The notes below the pieces were generated by a model, which had not been told where the DNA came from, made no database searches, and saw only the letters and a program-made list of their open reading frames with translations. Made by a program: the position numbers and the translations under genes. Source: Hyphomicrobiales bacterium (GTDB lineage Bacteria; Pseudomonadota; Alphaproteobacteria; Rhizobiales; TMED25). From it: a stretch of 64,000 nucleotides of DNA. Of the stretch, positions 27,223-37,643 are shown piece after piece. The DNA lies in contig JAYPPX010000001.1 in the NCBI GenBank assembly GCA_038131735.1, positions 1,186,592 through 1,250,591 of the forward strand, given 5' to 3'. The first letter of the stretch is position 1. Every line of letters begins with the position of its first letter.

Positions 27223-28528
27223 TTAATATTTGTTGGCAATAGGTAGATCTTCAGCAGGGAAAAGAGAAATTACCTTACATCCTTTATCGGTAACAACGAC
27301 CTCTTCCTCAATTCTTGCAGCTGATACACCATCTTTTGCAGGGCAATAAGTTTCTAGAGCGAAAACCATGCCTGTTTTGATTTCCATTGGATTTTCTAGC
27401 GATACTAAGCGTGAAATAATTGGTCTTTCATGAAGCGCTAGACCCAATCCATGCCCGAATTGCAATCCAAATGCTTGCATTTCACTCTCAAAACCAAATT
27501 CTTCAGCTTTTGGCCATGCTTTTGCAACAGTATCTGTTGACACACCTGGTTTGATGAGTTCAATGGCCTTTATCTAACCACTCACGACATTTTATATAAG
27601 CATCATTTTGTTCTGATGTAGCTGTACCAACATTGAATGTTCTATAGTAACAAGTTCTGTATCCTTGATATGACTGGAGTATGTCAAAGAAAGCCTGATC
27701 CCCAGGTCTGAACATCCTATCAGTAAAATTATGTGGGTGTGGGCTACATCTTTCTCCAGAAATAGCATTAATAGCTTCGACGTCATCTGAGCCCATTTCA
27801 TAGAGCATTTGATTTGCTAAGGCTACAATATCGTTCTCTCTTACCCCTGGTTTTAACTCTTCATAGATCATATGGTATACACCATCCACCATGGTTGCAG
27901 CTTGATTAAGCAATGTTATTTCATCAATATTCTTAATTTCTCTTGCATCCAGCATAACTTGTTGACCATCAACAATATTCATTCCCGCCTTTTGTAGTTC
28001 AAAAAACATTGCAGTTTCAGCAATATCCAAACCGATAGGCATATCCGCTACACCGGCAGCCTTTAAATAACTCATAATTTCTTCAGCATGATTTTTCATT
28101 AGACCAACTGATGGAGGAACCGTACCCCTCATACCTGTCATTCCTGCAAGACATCTATTTGGATCAAGCCAATCACAATTTAATTGATGATGTACAGCTG
28201 CTGAACCAAAATCCCAGACAAAAGGTTCTTCATCACCTGCCAAGAGAGCAAATCTACAAAGCTTATCTCTTTCCCATTCTCCAATTTTAGTTCCAGTGAT
28301 ATATCTAATGTTATTTACATCAAATAAGATCAATGCTCCCAAACCTGAATTTTTTAAAGCATTTTTGGCCCTTGATAATCTATATTTTCTAAGTCTTTGA
28401 AAATCAACTCTTGTTTCAAAGTCAACTTGTTTAAATCCTGGAGATGCAAGTGCACGATCCCATTGCCAGTTTTGGTTTGCATCTTCTGGTCTTAATATTC
28501 TTGGCGAAAACACGTTTAAGTCTGTCAT
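27223..28528 (-). pseudogene. M24-family (creatinase/Xaa-Pro peptidase-fold) hydrolase interrupted by a 1-nt frameshift
   Basis: ORFs 27560..28528 (322 aa, creatinase-N-like plus start of the pita-bread domain) and 27223..27543 (106 aa, end of the pita-bread domain, FGHGLGLALHERP) are consecutive parts of one protein in different frames. Removing one base from aaagg at about 27566-27571 restores ...CREWLDK-AIELIKPGVSTDTVAKAW... Confidence 0.8.
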
Positions 28529-28623
28529 TTTTTTACTTTCCTGTCTTAAATTTAAACTATATTTAGTATGGAATTGAACTCATATCAATAAAATAACATA
28601 CCTCTCATAGTTTTTTCCGAAAA

Positions 28624-30312
28624 TTATCCTGTATATGCCAATGGTGCTAATGCGTCAACATCAGTGACAACATCCAAGATAACACATTTATCGAGTGAAA
28701 TTGCTTTTTCAAGAGCGGGTTTAAAATCTTTTGGATCTTCAACTCTAATTCCAACGGCACCCATGTGCTTAGCAATTTCTGCAAAATTGACATTATTGAA
28801 TGTCCACATCTCCCTTGCCTTTTGAGTTTGTGATCCACCATAAACACGATCAAAACCTCTTTTAGACTGATTGCCAGCTCCATTGTTATTTACAACGATA
28901 ACAGAATTAATATTCCATCTTACTGCAGTTTCAATTTCGGCAATATGATACCAAAAACCAGCATCACCCGTAAAACAAACAACTGGTCTATCAGGTACTG
29001 CACATTTTACACCTAATGATGCAGGGAATGCCCAGCCAAGATGCCCAGCAGAGCGTATATAATTTTGATTTGATGATTTTAAATCAAACATTCCTCCCAT
29101 CCACATGCCACCATGCCCTGTGTCTACAACAACAAATGCATCATCTGGTAAATTTAGTGATAGATCATGACAAATTCTTTCTGGTCTGATTGGGACCGCA
29201 TCAGATGTTAATAATGGACGAAATTCGTCATACCACTCTTGACAGTAACTTTGAATCTCTTTTACCCAAGCTAATCGCTTTTCAGCAGAATTATCATCAG
29301 CAAATTTCAACATTTCAAGAAGAGCGTTTTTAGCATCTGATTGAATCCCTACTTCTAAAGGATAATTTCTACCGAGCACTTCAGGATCTATATCAATGTG
29401 AATTGCTTTCGTACCAATTTTAGGAATAGTCCAAAAATTGGTAATCATGCCACCTAAATCTGTTCCAATAAAAATTACTAAATCTGCAGCAAGCACAGAT
29501 TTATTGGCAGAACCACGTGAATAAGTGCCAACTACACCAACATTTAGAGGGTTATTTGCGTCAATAACATCTTTACCATTTAGCGATGTTGCTACAGGTA
29601 TTTTTAATTTCTTTGAAATCTCATCAATTAGTGAACCTGCTTGTGACCATCTCACACCACCTCCTACAACAAATATTGGTTTATTTGAATTGTTGATAAT
29701 ATCCATTGCTTTTTTTATTGAACTCAAATCTGGTGAAGGACGGTATGGTGGAACACTTATTGCATTCTGATGAATATCTCGAGGTATTTGCTCATCAAAT
29801 TTTTCTTGGTCTACCTGACCTTCATTACCCTTGAATTGAAGGTGAACTGGACCCGGGCAACCTGAAACTGAAACTCTAAATGCTTGGTTTAACATATCAG
29901 GAAACCTGTTTGCGCTATCAACCGTTGCGTTAAACTTTGTTACAGGCTCAAAAGCTGGCAGATCATCTACCTCTTGGTAAGCTTTTCTAAATTTAGTTGC
30001 CTGATCCCTTCCACCAGTTAAAGCAACAACAGGAGATTTTGCAAGCCATGCATCACGTAATCCAGCAGCAAGATTTAGTGCTCCAATAATTTGTGCAGCA
30101 CAGACCCCAGGTTTACCAGATGCACGAGCATATCCATCAGCCATGTATGCAGCTGAGGCTTCCCCATGTGCATGTATTCTTCGCACATTGGAAATTACTT
30201 CTAATTCTGCCATTGTAGTCCTTAGAACAGCAGGAACATGAAAGATATCTGTGACACCATAATCAACCAACATCTTTGCTAATACCTTAGCACCAGTTAA
30301 TTCATTACTCAT
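28624..30312 (-). CDS. ThDP-dependent enzyme, acetolactate synthase large-subunit-like (function unknown)
   Basis: 562 aa. Three-domain architecture. ThDP motif TGDAGFWYHIAEIETAVRWNINSVIVVNNNGAGN. No small regulatory subunit gene nearby. Confidence 0.8.
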   Translation of the reverse strand: MSNELTGAKVLAKMLVDYGVTDIFHVPAVLRTTMAELEVISNVRRIHAHGEASAAYMADGYARASGKPGVCAAQIIGALNLAAGLRDAWLAKSPVVALTGGRDQATKFRKAYQEVDDLPAFEPVTKFNATVDSANRFPDMLNQAFRVSVSGCPGPVHLQFKGNEGQVDQEKFDEQIPRDIHQNAISVPPYRPSPDLSSIKKAMDIINNSNKPIFVVGGGVRWSQAGSLIDEISKKLKIPVATSLNGKDVIDANNPLNVGVVGTYSRGSANKSVLAADLVIFIGTDLGGMITNFWTIPKIGTKAIHIDIDPEVLGRNYPLEVGIQSDAKNALLEMLKFADDNSAEKRLAWVKEIQSYCQEWYDEFRPLLTSDAVPIRPERICHDLSLNLPDDAFVVVDTGHGGMWMGGMFDLKSSNQNYIRSAGHLGWAFPASLGVKCAVPDRPVVCFTGDAGFWYHIAEIETAVRWNINSVIVVNNNGAGNQSKRGFDRVYGGSQTQKAREMWTFNNVNFAEIAKHMGAVGIRVEDPKDFKPALEKAISLDKCVILDVVTDVDALAPLAYTG

Positions 30313-30330
30313 TTGTATTTCCTATTCTAT

Positions 30331-31302
30331 TTATTTAATTGCAAGCGGATTTATTGGTGTGCCAACTGCGCCAGTTATTGGGATAGATGCAGCAACCAAT
30401 AAAAACTCATATGTATTATCATGGAGACAATCCTCTGCGAGATCCTTTAAATAAAACATCTCACCCATTGTCATTCCTTGAATAGGAATAGTTATCCAAT
30501 GCCATGGCTGGTTTATTCCATCTTCACTTTGATTTGGTCTCACTTCACAGCCCCAAGTATCGCTGGCTAATGCAGCTAGCTCGGTTCTTTGAACCCAATC
30601 AATAGTATCAAAACCCATACCTGGCGCATCCCCACCTGGGAATCCATCCCAGGATTCTCTGTTAAGACAATCCTCCATCTGACCTGTTCTTACAATGACA
30701 AAGTCTCCCTTCTTTATCTCAACACCTTGTTTTCTTGCAGTTAGATCAAGATCTTCACAAGTAATGGCGTAGCCATCTTCTAATCGCTCTTTACCAAGCG
30801 CTCTTGCTACATCTAAAAGAACACCCCTGCCAACCATCTTGTCTCTCGTTTTTTCAATACCACATTTTTGTGCACCTGCTGACGTTACTTCTCTACAATC
30901 ATATCCGTTCCACATTTTATCTTCATAGAATACATGTCCCAGTCCATCCCAATGAGTACACCCATGAGTTGGCAAAAATACTGTATCATCAGCCGCTCTT
31001 ATACCCCTTTTATCAAGCACTCCCGAGTAGGCATCTGTCCCTGTCCTCAACATCGAATGTATAGGATTAGTTCGTCCCATTGCTGGATATTTTGTTTTTG
31101 CGCCTTGTGGACCTTTATAGTCAAAATTAAGTGCAAGTGATATTACCTTTCCCTTCTTAACGAGCTGTGCTGCGTTAATAATATCACTAGCATCGACATA
31201 ATTTAGTGTCCCTATCTCGTCATTAGGTCCCCATTTCCCCCAATTCTTATACTTCTCAGCTGCTTCAGCAATATCAGCTCTGGTAACTTTTTTTTCAGAC
31301 AT
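30331..31302 (-). CDS. Cyclase-family protein (kynurenine formamidase-like metal hydrolase fold)
   Basis: 323 aa. HGCTHWDGLGH matches the HxGTHxDxxxH motif of the putative-cyclase family. Confidence 0.65.
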   Translation of the reverse strand: MSEKKVTRADIAEAAEKYKNWGKWGPNDEIGTLNYVDASDIINAAQLVKKGKVISLALNFDYKGPQGAKTKYPAMGRTNPIHSMLRTGTDAYSGVLDKRGIRAADDTVFLPTHGCTHWDGLGHVFYEDKMWNGYDCREVTSAGAQKCGIEKTRDKMVGRGVLLDVARALGKERLEDGYAITCEDLDLTARKQGVEIKKGDFVIVRTGQMEDCLNRESWDGFPGGDAPGMGFDTIDWVQRTELAALASDTWGCEVRPNQSEDGINQPWHWITIPIQGMTMGEMFYLKDLAEDCLHDNTYEFLLVAASIPITGAVGTPINPLAIK

Positions 31303-31321
31303 ATTTCCTCCCTATGTACAT

Positions 31322-32389
31322 TTAACCCTTAAGTATTGATGATAACCAATCTGCGCTTTGAGTTCTATATTTATAGATTCTATTATTTGCAACATGCGTA
31401 CCATCTTCAATCATATTAAAAACAACATCACCCTTAACTGCATCTGCAAGTAATTTTGATTCTTCTGGTGGAACAACTCTATCCAATGCACCACCAACAA
31501 TATATAGTGGACATTTAATATTTTGTGCGCAACCAGATAAATCCATTCTACTTGCAAACTCTCTTGCCTCCTCTTCAGAGGAGCATTTGCTTCTATGAAT
31601 AAATGCTTCTTTTGTTAGGCTGGGAATTCTATCGAAAATATTATTCCAATTGAAAGGTCCTGTAAGCGAGATACAAGCTTGGAGACGATCATCAAATGAA
31701 GCTGCTCTTGGAGCATAGTACCCACCTAAACTCACACCCCATACAGCAATTTTTTTTGAATCAATATCATTTCTTGTCTCTAAGTAATCAATGACAGCCG
31801 AGACGGGTCCCTCATATTCTGGGCAAATAGCTGCATCATACTCTGCTTCTCCTTGTCCTGGTCCATCAAATGTTAGTGTTGCAATTCCTCTCTCAAGAAA
31901 GACCTTCTCATTTGTTTCCATCTCCTCTTTTGCAGAGTCTAATCCCATACACATTATTAAAACTGGAGGATTTTCAACATTATTTGGTTTTCTCAGGTTA
32001 CCCTGCATAAGTATATTATTCCAACTTATACCAACTCTCTCACCTAGTGGATCGGCTAGTGACATAGATTTTTTATGGTATTCAACAGCAAAGTTATGTG
32101 TTTTTTTCATTATGTCAGGTTTATGTACAAACAAAAACTTGCCAAAATGACAACACACAGCAGCAGTATTATAATGTTCTGAAGCGCTTAAATTAAATCC
32201 TTCAGCACTTGCGTTGTCACCAAGTAATGCATGGATATGACCTTTATTTTCCCATGCTTCACACCATTCATCCCATTTATTAATTTGTGCAGAAACATCA
32301 TTAAAATCTGCTAATGGCACCCCATTTGACACAAATCTATATGACCAATGTGAAACTGCAGTTTGTAGTTTGCTATCTTTACTTTCCAT
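31322..32389 (-). CDS. Alpha/beta hydrolase (DHPON-hydrolase-like architecture with N-terminal helical domain)
   Basis: 355 aa. Nucleophile elbow GVSLGG, later D and H candidates (GGALDRVV, EDGTHV). The subfamily guess is weak. Confidence 0.6.
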   Translation of the reverse strand: MESKDSKLQTAVSHWSYRFVSNGVPLADFNDVSAQINKWDEWCEAWENKGHIHALLGDNASAEGFNLSASEHYNTAAVCCHFGKFLFVHKPDIMKKTHNFAVEYHKKSMSLADPLGERVGISWNNILMQGNLRKPNNVENPPVLIMCMGLDSAKEEMETNEKVFLERGIATLTFDGPGQGEAEYDAAICPEYEGPVSAVIDYLETRNDIDSKKIAVWGVSLGGYYAPRAASFDDRLQACISLTGPFNWNNIFDRIPSLTKEAFIHRSKCSSEEEAREFASRMDLSGCAQNIKCPLYIVGGALDRVVPPEESKLLADAVKGDVVFNMIEDGTHVANNRIYKYRTQSADWLSSILKG

Positions 32390-32476
32390 TTGAAAAATCC
32401 CAGTTATGTGTATTAAATATTTTAAAAAACATTATAAATTTTTATAGTATATTAAAATAAAGAACAATGGGAAAAA

Positions 32477-33436
32477 ATGTATAAAATCATAGTTGCGGGT
32501 AAAATTCATAGTCATGGTATAAATCTTCTAAAAGAAGTTGATAACTTTGATGTTTTTGTATTGCCTGACGCAACTCAAGGAACCCTGGAGCAAAACTTAT
32601 CAGAAGCTGATGCTATTCTTCTCAGATTACAATCCTTTGATAAGAAAATGATTGAAAATTGTCCCAATTTAAAGATTCTTTCAAGAAATGGTGTTGGCTT
32701 TGATCGAATTGATATACCCGAACTAACTAGAAGAAGTATCCCTCTTACGATTGTTGGTGATGTAAACTCTTCAAGTGTTGCCGAACATACAATTATGTTT
32801 ATTCTCAATCTACTGAAAAATGCCAGTGTTCATGATGATATGGTTCGAAATAATAAATGGCAGGATAGGGATCAATTAATTTCAAACGACTTTGCTGGAA
32901 GACAATTATTGATTGTTGGCTTCGGAAGAATTGGTCAGAAAGTGGCCGCTCTTGCTTCTGCTTTCGGAGCGAATATAAGTATTTATGATCCTTATTACAA
33001 AAATTCTGCCGAGCCAGACTATGATTATAAATTCTATGATACTCTTGATGAGGCTCTATCTAACGCAAACATTATTAGTTTACATGCACCCGGAACGGAA
33101 AAACCAATAATTGGTGAAAAGGAACTAAATTTACTACAAAGTGACTGTATAATCGTGAATACATCACGCGGATCTCATATAGATCTCAGTGCTTTATCGG
33201 ACGCACTATCAAAAAATAAGATTCGTGCAGCTGGTTTGGATGTTTTTCCTAATGAGCCTCCAGAAACTGATGTAGAAAAAATTTTTCAACTGAATAATAT
33301 TATATTTTCTCCTCACATCGCAGGTCTTAATAATGAATGTGCATCCAGGATGGCTATAAATTCGGCACAAAATATAATCGATGCCCTCAATGGATCCTTG
33401 AAAGAAGAGTATGTTATAAATAAGGACGTCTTATAA
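32477..33436 (+). CDS. D-isomer-specific 2-hydroxyacid dehydrogenase (phosphoglycerate dehydrogenase-like)
   Basis: 319 aa. NAD motif VGFGRIGQKVA, IVNTSRGSHID, SPHIAG catalytic-His segment. Confidence 0.85.
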   Translation: MYKIIVAGKIHSHGINLLKEVDNFDVFVLPDATQGTLEQNLSEADAILLRLQSFDKKMIENCPNLKILSRNGVGFDRIDIPELTRRSIPLTIVGDVNSSSVAEHTIMFILNLLKNASVHDDMVRNNKWQDRDQLISNDFAGRQLLIVGFGRIGQKVAALASAFGANISIYDPYYKNSAEPDYDYKFYDTLDEALSNANIISLHAPGTEKPIIGEKELNLLQSDCIIVNTSRGSHIDLSALSDALSKNKIRAAGLDVFPNEPPETDVEKIFQLNNIIFSPHIAGLNNECASRMAINSAQNIIDALNGSLKEEYVINKDVL

Positions 33437-33457
33437 AGATAGACTTCCTATATAATA

Positions 33458-34222
33458 CTAATTTTTTGATAAATGGGGATATACTTCAGATAACAATGAG
33501 CCTTTACAATATGTCTTATTGAAAACATCTGAAGACTTGATGTTTTCATACCACTCACAAACATTCTTATGATGACTCCATAATTCTGGCATTCCAAGAT
33601 CATCCATTCGAACAATTACTGGCATGATACAAATATCGGCATAGGTTGCCTCTTCCCCAAGTAGGTAAGGACCTCCACTGACTTCAATCCATTTATTCAT
33701 TCTGTCAGCGGTTGCCTTTATTTTTGATGTTGACTCATTCATGTCTTTATCTGTAAAACCTGTCCTACCCATTTTTAATAAAAATTCTTTTCGTAATGGT
33801 TTGGACTCAGCTAAGGCTATAAATTCCTTCTCGGTCATATTCTGAAAATGGGGTAAAAATGCCATATTATATGAGGGGATCCGAACTGAGGGCCCTGCGA
33901 CCTCATCAAAATACCTAATCATTGCCCTCATATTTGCGCATTTTTCAGGTTCTTTTGGACGAAGTGGGCTTAAATTAACATCAATATCCTCTAGGTACTC
34001 AATGATAACAGAACTATCTATTATAATTTTACCATCGTGATCGAGAGCTGGGACTACTCCATTTGGATTTATAGCTAAATACTCTGGTTTCAGCTGGTCT
34101 CCTGAAAATAAATCTAGTATTTCCATACTAAAATCTATGTTTTTATGATGCAAAGTGTATCTGACTCGCTGACTACAAGTAGACTGTAATGCATTATAAA
34201 TTTTAAATTTACCTAAACTCAT
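33458..34222 (-). CDS. Glutathione S-transferase family protein
   Basis: 254 aa. N-terminal thioredoxin-like domain with CSQRVRYTL...NPNGVVPAL...DSSVIIEYL. Confidence 0.75.
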   Translation of the reverse strand: MSLGKFKIYNALQSTCSQRVRYTLHHKNIDFSMEILDLFSGDQLKPEYLAINPNGVVPALDHDGKIIIDSSVIIEYLEDIDVNLSPLRPKEPEKCANMRAMIRYFDEVAGPSVRIPSYNMAFLPHFQNMTEKEFIALAESKPLRKEFLLKMGRTGFTDKDMNESTSKIKATADRMNKWIEVSGGPYLLGEEATYADICIMPVIVRMDDLGMPELWSHHKNVCEWYENIKSSDVFNKTYCKGSLLSEVYPHLSKN

Positions 34223-34225
34223 AGC

Positions 34226-35425
34226 TTATTTGTTATATAAATCTAAACCGTACATAATGTTTGCTGCTTTTAGGAATAATGTCCTATTTACACCATCTGA
34301 GTGAAGCCACCCTGCAGCATCTCTAAGTAATTTTGCAACCCCGAATTCTTTCATGTAACCATGTCCACCATGAATTTCCATTGTCCAAGTTGCAATTTTC
34401 CAAACAGCCTGACTTGCCATAGCCTTTGGTAAGGCTCCCAGCGTCCAATCCCAACCTTGATCTTGGTTGTCAGCTAGGTAACATGCTTTGTGCGTGTAAG
34501 CCCTAGCAGCATCTAATAACATTCTCATTTCTGCAAGTTGAGCTCTTATTCCATCATGCTCAATCAAAGGACGTCCACCTTGCACTCTTATCTTTGCCCA
34601 TTGCTCAGCTTTTTCGAATAATGCTACTCCAACACCTAAACAACTGGCTGCTGCAAATGAGTTACTGGATGGGAAGAATTTTTGAAGTAGTTGGAAACCC
34701 TTACCAACTTCCCCAACAATATTTTCATTAGGTATAAAACAATCTTGAAAAATCAACTCTGCGTTATTTGCCAGACTCTCACCTAACTTATCGTGAACAC
34801 GCCCAATTGAAAAACCTTCTCTGCCACGCTCTAGAAGAAAACAAGTTGTCCCTTCAAGCATAGGCTTACCTTTTTCAGTTTGAACAAATAATAAATAAAA
34901 GCTTGCACGGTTACCATTTGAAATAAAATGCTTCATCCCATTAATAACGTAACCACCATCTACTTTCTCAGCAGTTGTTCTAAATGGTGTTGGATAAGGC
35001 AAGAAATAATTTGATGCGTTATCCGGTTCGGTAATTCCGATTGCTAATACAGCTTCAGGATCTTTTGAAAATGGTACAAGCGCTCTCTCAGCTTGATCTT
35101 CATTTAAAGCCTTTTCCATAATTGTAGCTAGCTTCATTGTTTGTGCCATTACAACTGATACACCAACATCGCCAACAGCTAGTTCTTCAACAACCATTGC
35201 TGTGGTATGCGAGTCAGCACTTAAACCACCATATTTTTCTGAAAGTGTCATTGTTCTTAAGCCCAAATCATTTGCTGCTTTTACAATTTCGCCACAATAC
35301 CTCTTGTCTGGAGTATCCATTGCGTCAAGCTCTGCAGATTTAGGTTTAACTACATCATCAACAAATTTCTTTACTGAGTCTATTATTGCCCTTTGTTCTT
35401 CAGTTTCTATAAACATATCATGCAT
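34226..35425 (-). CDS. Acyl-CoA dehydrogenase
   Basis: 399 aa. GITEPDNASN and IHGGHGYMKEFGVAKLLRDA segments are typical of ACADs. Confidence 0.85.
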   Translation of the reverse strand: MHDMFIETEEQRAIIDSVKKFVDDVVKPKSAELDAMDTPDKRYCGEIVKAANDLGLRTMTLSEKYGGLSADSHTTAMVVEELAVGDVGVSVVMAQTMKLATIMEKALNEDQAERALVPFSKDPEAVLAIGITEPDNASNYFLPYPTPFRTTAEKVDGGYVINGMKHFISNGNRASFYLLFVQTEKGKPMLEGTTCFLLERGREGFSIGRVHDKLGESLANNAELIFQDCFIPNENIVGEVGKGFQLLQKFFPSSNSFAAASCLGVGVALFEKAEQWAKIRVQGGRPLIEHDGIRAQLAEMRMLLDAARAYTHKACYLADNQDQGWDWTLGALPKAMASQAVWKIATWTMEIHGGHGYMKEFGVAKLLRDAAGWLHSDGVNRTLFLKAANIMYGLDLYNK

Positions 35426-35603
35426 GGTGATTTTCCTTAATTATTTCGTCGTTTAATTTATATGTCATAATACGTTATATATATTAAATTAGATTATGTA
35501 AAACAAACTAAAAATCGAATTGACTTAAGAAAAAAAAATTATATTGTGTGGAATTAGGGTTTATCTTTCCAAAAATTTATAATTCTTTTATGGAGGTGTT
35601 GAA

Positions 35604-36671
35604 ATGAATAGTAAATATCACATATCAAGAAGAAGCTTTTTAATGGGCTCTTCAGCATTGGCTGCAGTTGGCATAACTTTCTCGCCACTTAGCGCAAACA
35701 GTAATAATGAACTTAATTTTTATAATTGGGATGATTATATTGGCGAAAATACTCTATCTGATTTTGCGGATAATACGGGTATTAAAACTAAACTAGATTT
35801 TTTTGCAGATAATGATGAATTGTTCTCTAAGCTTAGAGAGGGTAATCCTGGATATGATATTATCGTCCCATCTGACATTTATGTAGAAAAAATGGTCAAA
35901 GCAAACATGCTAGAAAGAATCGATCATGGTAAGATTTCTAACATGAATAATATAGATACTAACTTTTTAGATCCCGTATTTGATCCAAAAAGACAACACT
36001 CTATTCCATATATGTGGGGAAGCATTGGTATTGGATATGACAAAAAAAGAACAGGCCTCACCCCTGATTCATGGTCATATCTTTACGAGTCAAATAAATA
36101 TTCAGGTAATATTTCACTATTATCCGAAGCCACATCAGTTATGGCAATAGGACTTAAATATTTAGGTTATTCTGCTAACTCAACTAATCCAAAAGAATAT
36201 AAGCAGGTTGAAGAACTTCTCATAAATCAAAAGAAACATATAAAAGTTTTTGCTGAGGATAACGGGCAGGACCTACTTGCATCCGGTGATGTCATACTTG
36301 CACAAGAATTTAATGGTGATATAGCTCAGGTTATGCTTGAAGATGATAATATTAGCTATCTAGTTCCCAAGGAGGGAAGCCTCATCTGGGAAGATTGTCT
36401 TTGCATTCCAAAAGACGCTCCAAATATTGAAAATGCGCATAAATTTATTGATTTTATTCTTCGTGCGGATATCGGAGCAGAACTTGCAGACTATATTCAA
36501 TATGCAACTCCTAATAAAGCTGCAAAGGATTTGATGGATGAAGAGTACACTTCTAATCCAGCTATTTTCCCAAGTGATGAAACTGTGAAATTATGTGAAA
36601 ACCAAATATATCTTGGAGAAGATGTTGGTCAGATGATCCAAGACACCTGGACACGTATACTTGCATCATAG
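35604..36671 (+). CDS. Polyamine-type (PotD/PotF-like) ABC transporter substrate-binding protein
   Basis: 355 aa. Signal with SRRSFLMGSSALAAVG. NFYNWDDYIGENTLSDF and IPYMWGSIGIGY are typical of spermidine/putrescine-binding proteins. Confidence 0.8.
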   Translation: MNSKYHISRRSFLMGSSALAAVGITFSPLSANSNNELNFYNWDDYIGENTLSDFADNTGIKTKLDFFADNDELFSKLREGNPGYDIIVPSDIYVEKMVKANMLERIDHGKISNMNNIDTNFLDPVFDPKRQHSIPYMWGSIGIGYDKKRTGLTPDSWSYLYESNKYSGNISLLSEATSVMAIGLKYLGYSANSTNPKEYKQVEELLINQKKHIKVFAEDNGQDLLASGDVILAQEFNGDIAQVMLEDDNISYLVPKEGSLIWEDCLCIPKDAPNIENAHKFIDFILRADIGAELADYIQYATPNKAAKDLMDEEYTSNPAIFPSDETVKLCENQIYLGEDVGQMIQDTWTRILAS

Positions 36672-36710
36672 CGTAAGCTTGTTAAATGTATACTAAAGAA
36701 AGATCCTACA

Positions 36711-37643
36711 TTGACTAGTTGGGGGGTGAGGAGCAAACTTTTCATTTTGCTTCTATTGCCTGGATTATCATGGCTGATCTTATTTTTTATTGTCCCATTA
36801 ATTATTGTCTTTTCTATGAGCTATGGCGACAAGATTAATATAATAGACATTGATTACACATGGAGTTTAAAAAATTATATTAGAGCCTTTGATGGTGTTT
36901 ATATAATAACACTATTTAAATCTATTATAATCAGCGCTGTTACAACAATAGTCTGTTTATTAATTGCCATTCCTGTAGCATTTTATATAAGTTTTTCATC
37001 AATCAGAATGAAGTCTATCTTACTAGTTTCAATTATGCTCCCACTATGGACAAACCTCCTAATTAGGACTTATTCTCTAATTGCTATTCTGAGAACAAAA
37101 GGTCATATAAATAGTTCTCTAGAATATATCTGGGAGAGTACACATAATCTATTAAACTTCTTTAACCTTGCTAATTATGAAATTATGGGGGAGAGCTTTG
37201 TCCCACTGAATCTAATGTATAATAACTACTCAATTATATTAGGTTTATTCTATATTTATGTTCCATTTATGATTATACCAATTTATCTGGTACTTGAAAA
37301 ATTTGATAGAAACTTATTGGAAGCAAGCTATGATCTTGGCGCAAACCACATTAAAACTTTTTTTAAAGTTATCATTCCCAATATTAGTCCCGGTATTACA
37401 TCAGGAATCATACTAGTATTCATTCCTTGTTTGGGCTCATTCATAATACCTGACTTACTCGGTGGAGCTGACTCACAGATGATAGGCAACATCATTGAGA
37501 GACAATTTAAATCTGCGAACGATTGGCCTTTTGGCTCAGCGTTATCATTCATTCTTATATATATAACCCTTGTTATAATCTCAGTAAGGCACGTGTATTC
37601 AAAATTATATTCAAAACTGCATCTAAGAGGAAATCTACAATGA
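36711..37643 (+). CDS. ABC transporter permease (PotB/PotH-like)
   Basis: 310 aa (TTG start as in the ORF track; start uncertain). EAA loop EASYDLGANHIKTFFKVIIP. Confidence 0.8.
   Translation: MTSWGVRSKLFILLLLPGLSWLILFFIVPLIIVFSMSYGDKINIIDIDYTWSLKNYIRAFDGVYIITLFKSIIISAVTTIVCLLIAIPVAFYISFSSIRMKSILLVSIMLPLWTNLLIRTYSLIAILRTKGHINSSLEYIWESTHNLLNFFNLANYEIMGESFVPLNLMYNNYSIILGLFYIYVPFMIIPIYLVLEKFDRNLLEASYDLGANHIKTFFKVIIPNISPGITSGIILVFIPCLGSFIIPDLLGGADSQMIGNIIERQFKSANDWPFGSALSFILIYITLVIISVRHVYSKLYSKLHLRGNLQ

Noticed and set aside
27223-28528. Calling the M24 gene DMSP lyase dddP.
   Set aside because: It is only fold-level M24-like. From memory, DddP sequences differ clearly around the metal-binding segments and the N-terminal domain. 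The gene is also frameshifted. Kept as a generic M24 hydrolase.
37523-37639. Upstream extensions of ORF-track entries. This applies here to potC-like, and likewise to 6527-6616, 13296-13343, 49943-49969, 51906-51941 and 61088-61108.
   Set aside because: The extensions overlap the preceding gene and lack similarity to the family N-termini. Internal ATGs give canonical N-termini and typical 4-14 nt overlaps.
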